From assembly GCA_965552135.1 (NCBI GenBank), contig CBEVQY010000039.1:1-18768 (forward strand): a stretch of DNA of 18,768 nucleotides, written 5' to 3'. The notes below the pieces were generated by a model that made no database searches, was not told where the DNA came from, and saw nothing but the letters and a program-made list of their open reading frames with translations. Shown piece by piece: positions 15,347 through 18,768 of this stretch (position 1 is the stretch's first letter; every line of letters begins with the position of its first letter). The position numbers and the translations under genes were made by a program. The DNA comes from an uncultured bacterium. GTDB lineage: Bacteria; UBP14; UBA6098; B30-G16.

Positions 15347-18154
15347 ATGAGCGGGGAAAAGAAGCTTGTGTATTTCTTCTCGCGCGAGGGCACCGACGGC
15401 AGCGCCGCTATGAAGGACATTCTGGGCGGCAAGGGCGCGAACCTTGCGGAGATGTGTCGCATCGGTCTTCCTGTGCCGCCCGGCTTCACCATCAGCGCCG
15501 AAGTGTGCGACTACTACTACAAGCACGACAGAACCTATCCCCCCGAGCTTGAGGATCAGGTGGACTCTGCGCTCCGCAGGCTGGAGGAGGTCAGGGGTCG
15601 CAGGCTGGGAGATCCGCAAAAGCCCCTTCTGGTGTCGGTTCGCTCCGGGGCGGCGGTATCGATGCCCGGGATGATGGACACGGTCCTCAACCTGGGCTTA
15701 AACGACGAAACCGTCGAAGGGCTTGCCAAGGAGACGGGAAACCCGCGCTTTGCGTGGGATGCATACAGACGCTTCATCCAGATGTTCGGTGACGTCGTCC
15801 TCGGCATCGAGCACGACGAGTTCGAAAAGGCTTTGGAGGACGTCAAGCGCGAGTTCGGCAAGAGGCAAGGGATCGAGGGCATCGAAGATCTCAAGCAGGA
15901 GCAGCTCAACCGCGTCGTTCCCGACACCGCCCTCGGCGTCGACGAACTCAAGGACCTCGTGGAAAGGTACAAGGAGATCTACAAGAAGCACGGCAAGGAG
16001 TTCCCGCAGGACCCCCACAAGCAGCTTTGGATGGCGATAGGCGCCGTGTTCGGCTCGTGGAACAACCCGAGGGCGATAAAATACCGCGAGATAAACGAAA
16101 TCAAGGGGCTTTTGGGCACCGCCGTCAACGTCCAGTCGATGGTATTCGGCAATATGGGAGATGATTCCGGAACGGGGGTCGGTTTCACGAGGAACCCGTC
16201 CACCGGCGAGAACAGGCTCTACGGCGAATACCTCCTGAACGCACAGGGCGAAGACGTCGTGGCTGGGATAAGGACGCCCAAGCCCATAGATGAGCTCAAA
16301 ACCGAAATGCCCGACGTCTACAGCGAGCTTCTGCGGGTGAAGGAGACGCTGGAGAAGCACTATAAGGACATGCAGGACTTCGAGTTTACGATAGAGCGTG
16401 GCAAGCTGTGGATGCTTCAGACGCGCACGGGCAAGCGCACGGCTCAAGCTGCGGTGAAGATAGCGGTCGATATGGTCAAGGAGGGTCTGATCGACAAAAA
16501 GACAGCCGTTTTGCGCATAGACCCGAAGCAGCTCGACCAGCTCCTCCACCCCACCTTCGATCCCGATGCTGAGTCGGGCGCACAAGTTATAGCGAGGGGT
16601 TTGCCCGCCTCCCCAGGGGCTGCAACAGGGCGCGTTGTCTTCAACGCGGACGATGCCGAGGAGTGGGCGAGCCGGGGCGAAAAGATCATCCTCGTCCGCG
16701 TCGAGACCTCGCCGGAGGACATAGGCGGGATGGCAGTGGCGCAGGGGATCCTCACGGCTCGCGGCGGTATGACGTCCCACGCCGCTGTGGTGGCGAGGGG
16801 CATGGGCACACCCTGCGTTGCGGGCGCCGGTGACATCGTCATCGACTACCAGAAGAGGCAGTTCACCGTAGGCGACGTCGTCGTCAAGGAAGGCGATTGG
16901 ATATCGATAAACGGCAGTCTGGGCAACGTCTACCTTGGGCAGCTTCCCACCGTCGAGCCCGAGCTTGCCGGAGACTTCGGCACGATAATGGAGTGGGCGG
17001 ACGAGTTCCGCAAGATAGGCGTCCACACAAACGCCGACAACCCAAGGGACACCGCCATAGCGGTTAAGTTCGGCGCCGAAGGGATAGGGCTTTGCCGAAC
17101 AGAACACATGTTCTTTGAGGGCGACAGAATCATCTCCTTCCGCAAGCTCATCCTCGTTGCCGAGGAGGTCAAGGACCTCCGCAAGCAGATAGCCGCCACA
17201 GACGATCCGCAGAAGAGGGCGGAGCTAGAAAAGAAGCTTGAGGAGCCGCTCAGGCAGTACAACGAGGCCCTCGAGGAACTTTTGCCGCTCCAGAGGAACG
17301 ACTTTATCGGCATCTTCCGCGAGCTTAAGGGTCGTCCGGCGACGATAAGGCTGCTTGATCCGCCGCTGCACGAGTTCCTGCCGCAGGACGAGAAGGGTCA
17401 GCGCGAGATGGCGGAGGCTATGGGCGTGCCTTTGGAGAAGATAAAGCGCACCGTCGAGGCGCTGCACGAGTTCAACCCCATGCTCGGTCACCGCGGCTGC
17501 CGACTCGGGCTAACCTACCCCGAGGTATCCGACATGCAGGTGCGCGCGATAATGGAGGCGGCAATACAGGTCAAGCGCGAGGGAATCCCCGTGCACCCCG
17601 AGATCATGATCCCGCTTGTGGGTCACTGGAAGGAGCTTGCCATAGCGCGGGAGAGGGCGGAGAAGGTCATAAAGCAGGTCTTCGAGGAGCAGGGTGAGAC
17701 CGTGGAGTACAAGATAGGTACGATGGTTGAGGTTCCGCGCTGTGCCATAACCGCCGACCAGGTCGCTAAATACGCCGACTTCTTCTCCTTCGGCACCAAT
17801 GACCTCACGCAGATGGGTGCGGGCTTCTCCCGCGACGACGCCGGCAAGTTCCTCCCCGATTACGTCGAAATGGGCATCTACGAGCACGACCCGTTCCAGG
17901 TGCTCGACCAAGAGGGAATCGGCAGGATGATAAAGATAGCGGTGAAGTACGGTCGCCAGGCGAACCCGAAGCTTATCGTTGGCATCTGCGGCGAGCACGG
18001 CGGAGAGCCTCAGTCGGTTGCGTTCTGCCACCGCGTTGGGCTTAACTACGTCAGCTGCTCGCCTTACAGGGTGCCGATCGCCAGACTCGCCGCGGCACAC
18101 GCCGCTATCCTCTACGGCGATCCCGGGGATGCGTTGAAGGAGGAAATCTTTTGA
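15347..18154 (+). CDS. ppdK: Pyruvate, phosphate dikinase
   Basis: LGGKGANLAEM, PLLVSVRSGA.SMPGMMDT.LNLG, the phospho-His motif GGMTSHAAVVARG, GIGLCRTEHMF, SFGTNDLTQ and ICGEHGG. GGAGG RBS. Confidence 0.98.
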   Translation: MSGEKKLVYFFSREGTDGSAAMKDILGGKGANLAEMCRIGLPVPPGFTISAEVCDYYYKHDRTYPPELEDQVDSALRRLEEVRGRRLGDPQKPLLVSVRSGAAVSMPGMMDTVLNLGLNDETVEGLAKETGNPRFAWDAYRRFIQMFGDVVLGIEHDEFEKALEDVKREFGKRQGIEGIEDLKQEQLNRVVPDTALGVDELKDLVERYKEIYKKHGKEFPQDPHKQLWMAIGAVFGSWNNPRAIKYREINEIKGLLGTAVNVQSMVFGNMGDDSGTGVGFTRNPSTGENRLYGEYLLNAQGEDVVAGIRTPKPIDELKTEMPDVYSELLRVKETLEKHYKDMQDFEFTIERGKLWMLQTRTGKRTAQAAVKIAVDMVKEGLIDKKTAVLRIDPKQLDQLLHPTFDPDAESGAQVIARGLPASPGAATGRVVFNADDAEEWASRGEKIILVRVETSPEDIGGMAVAQGILTARGGMTSHAAVVARGMGTPCVAGAGDIVIDYQKRQFTVGDVVVKEGDWISINGSLGNVYLGQLPTVEPELAGDFGTIMEWADEFRKIGVHTNADNPRDTAIAVKFGAEGIGLCRTEHMFFEGDRIISFRKLILVAEEVKDLRKQIAATDDPQKRAELEKKLEEPLRQYNEALEELLPLQRNDFIGIFRELKGRPATIRLLDPPLHEFLPQDEKGQREMAEAMGVPLEKIKRTVEALHEFNPMLGHRGCRLGLTYPEVSDMQVRAIMEAAIQVKREGIPVHPEIMIPLVGHWKELAIARERAEKVIKQVFEEQGETVEYKIGTMVEVPRCAITADQVAKYADFFSFGTNDLTQMGAGFSRDDAGKFLPDYVEMGIYEHDPFQVLDQEGIGRMIKIAVKYGRQANPKLIVGICGEHGGEPQSVAFCHRVGLNYVSCSPYRVPIARLAAAHAAILYGDPGDALKEEIF

Positions 18155-18285
18155 AAGGTCACACCGTCCCTGTTGAACGCGGCTGCTTAATCGGGCGGGG
18201 ATGCGCCTTTGCCGTTTGATCGCAATTTGACCTTGACAAAAACATCTCTTGCCGTTTTCGTAGAGGTTGAAAGTTAGACGAAAGT

Positions 18286-18666
18286 ATGGATATCCAATTA
18301 ATTCTCATATCGTTAGCCGTTCTGATGATCGCATGGGCGCTGGAGCGGATCTTCGCGAGGCTGCAGAGCGTCGAGCGGCACCTGCAGGGGATGCGCAAAA
18401 GGCTCAATGTGCTTGAGCGACGGGCTTCGTCGAGGGCACCGTCGGCGCCGCACGTCCAGGAGCGCACCATAAAGGCTGTTCCGCGCAGAAACGCACCCAC
18501 TCCGCGCCCTGCTGCACAAGCGCCATCGACTACATCAGCGCACACCTCGGGAAAAACTGTTGTGTGCGCGTTCTGCGGAGAGCAGTACGACGCATCCCTC
18601 GATAAGTGCCCTCGCTGCAATCACATCAACATCGATAAGTACAGGCTCAAGAGGCAGAGGAAATAG
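18286..18666 (+). CDS. Hypothetical membrane-anchored protein with C-terminal zinc ribbon
   Basis: N-terminal hydrophobic helix, a short coiled-coil-like stretch, a Pro/Ala linker, then CAFC-x10-CPRC. Confidence 0.7.
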   Translation: MDIQLILISLAVLMIAWALERIFARLQSVERHLQGMRKRLNVLERRASSRAPSAPHVQERTIKAVPRRNAPTPRPAAQAPSTTSAHTSGKTVVCAFCGEQYDASLDKCPRCNHINIDKYRLKRQRK

Positions 18667-18674
18667 CCTGCCGC

Positions 18675-18719
18675 AAAGAGAAAAGGGGGGGGGGGGGGGC
18701 CCCCCCCCCCCCCCCCCCC
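18675..18719. terminator. Probable intrinsic terminator hairpin, sequence likely distorted
   Basis: AAAGAGAAAA followed by G15 (18685-18699) and C20 (18700-18719), just after a stop codon. The A-tract would be the U-tail of a minus-strand transcript. Confidence 0.35.
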
Positions 18720-18768
18720 GCGGTACGCGCCCGCACTAGTTACATCTCAGGTTGTTCTTGGTTTTTGT

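Noticed and set aside
15698..17107. 469-aa minus-strand ORF
   Set aside because: It is an antisense shadow of the codon-biased ppdK gene.
18685..18768. G15/C20 run as a G-quadruplex or phase-variable tract
   Set aside because: It is close to the window end and has a loopless G-to-C junction followed by low-complexity sequence. It is more likely a base-calling artefact across a GC-rich hairpin.
1..18768. CRISPR array, tRNA/rRNA, transposase or integrase genes
   Set aside because: I saw no regularly spaced short repeats, cloverleaf or rRNA motifs, or recombinase motifs.

Overview
Bacterial window, probably FCB-group-like (inferred from Por/T9SS-type C-terminal sorting domains), with two parts. 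Left part (1-~11.7 kb): a same-strand run of secreted-protein genes. It holds the tail of one T9SS-CTD gene, two paralogous LVIVD-repeat/T9SS-CTD genes in a ~1.6 kb mosaic tandem duplication, and a 64-aa truncated remnant of the giant gene. The giant gene encodes a 2436-aa protein (GH51-like barrel with an altered acid/base motif, CP-motif domain, FG-GAP/ASPIC, five Ig-like repeats, two helical repeats, T9SS CTD). A GT-C-type membrane glycosyltransferase gene split at a G5 run follows. A 28-bp XerC/XerD dif-like site lies at 11674-11701, next to a potentially structured non-coding stretch. Right part: more GC-rich housekeeping-type genes, namely xseB, an Omp85/BamA-TamA-like protein, a small membrane protein (minus strand), an AmgK-like phosphotransferase, ppdK and a zinc-ribbon membrane protein. 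The window ends near a G15/C20 run that is probably a sequencing-distorted terminator. All family calls come from motif recognition by eye, not database searches.
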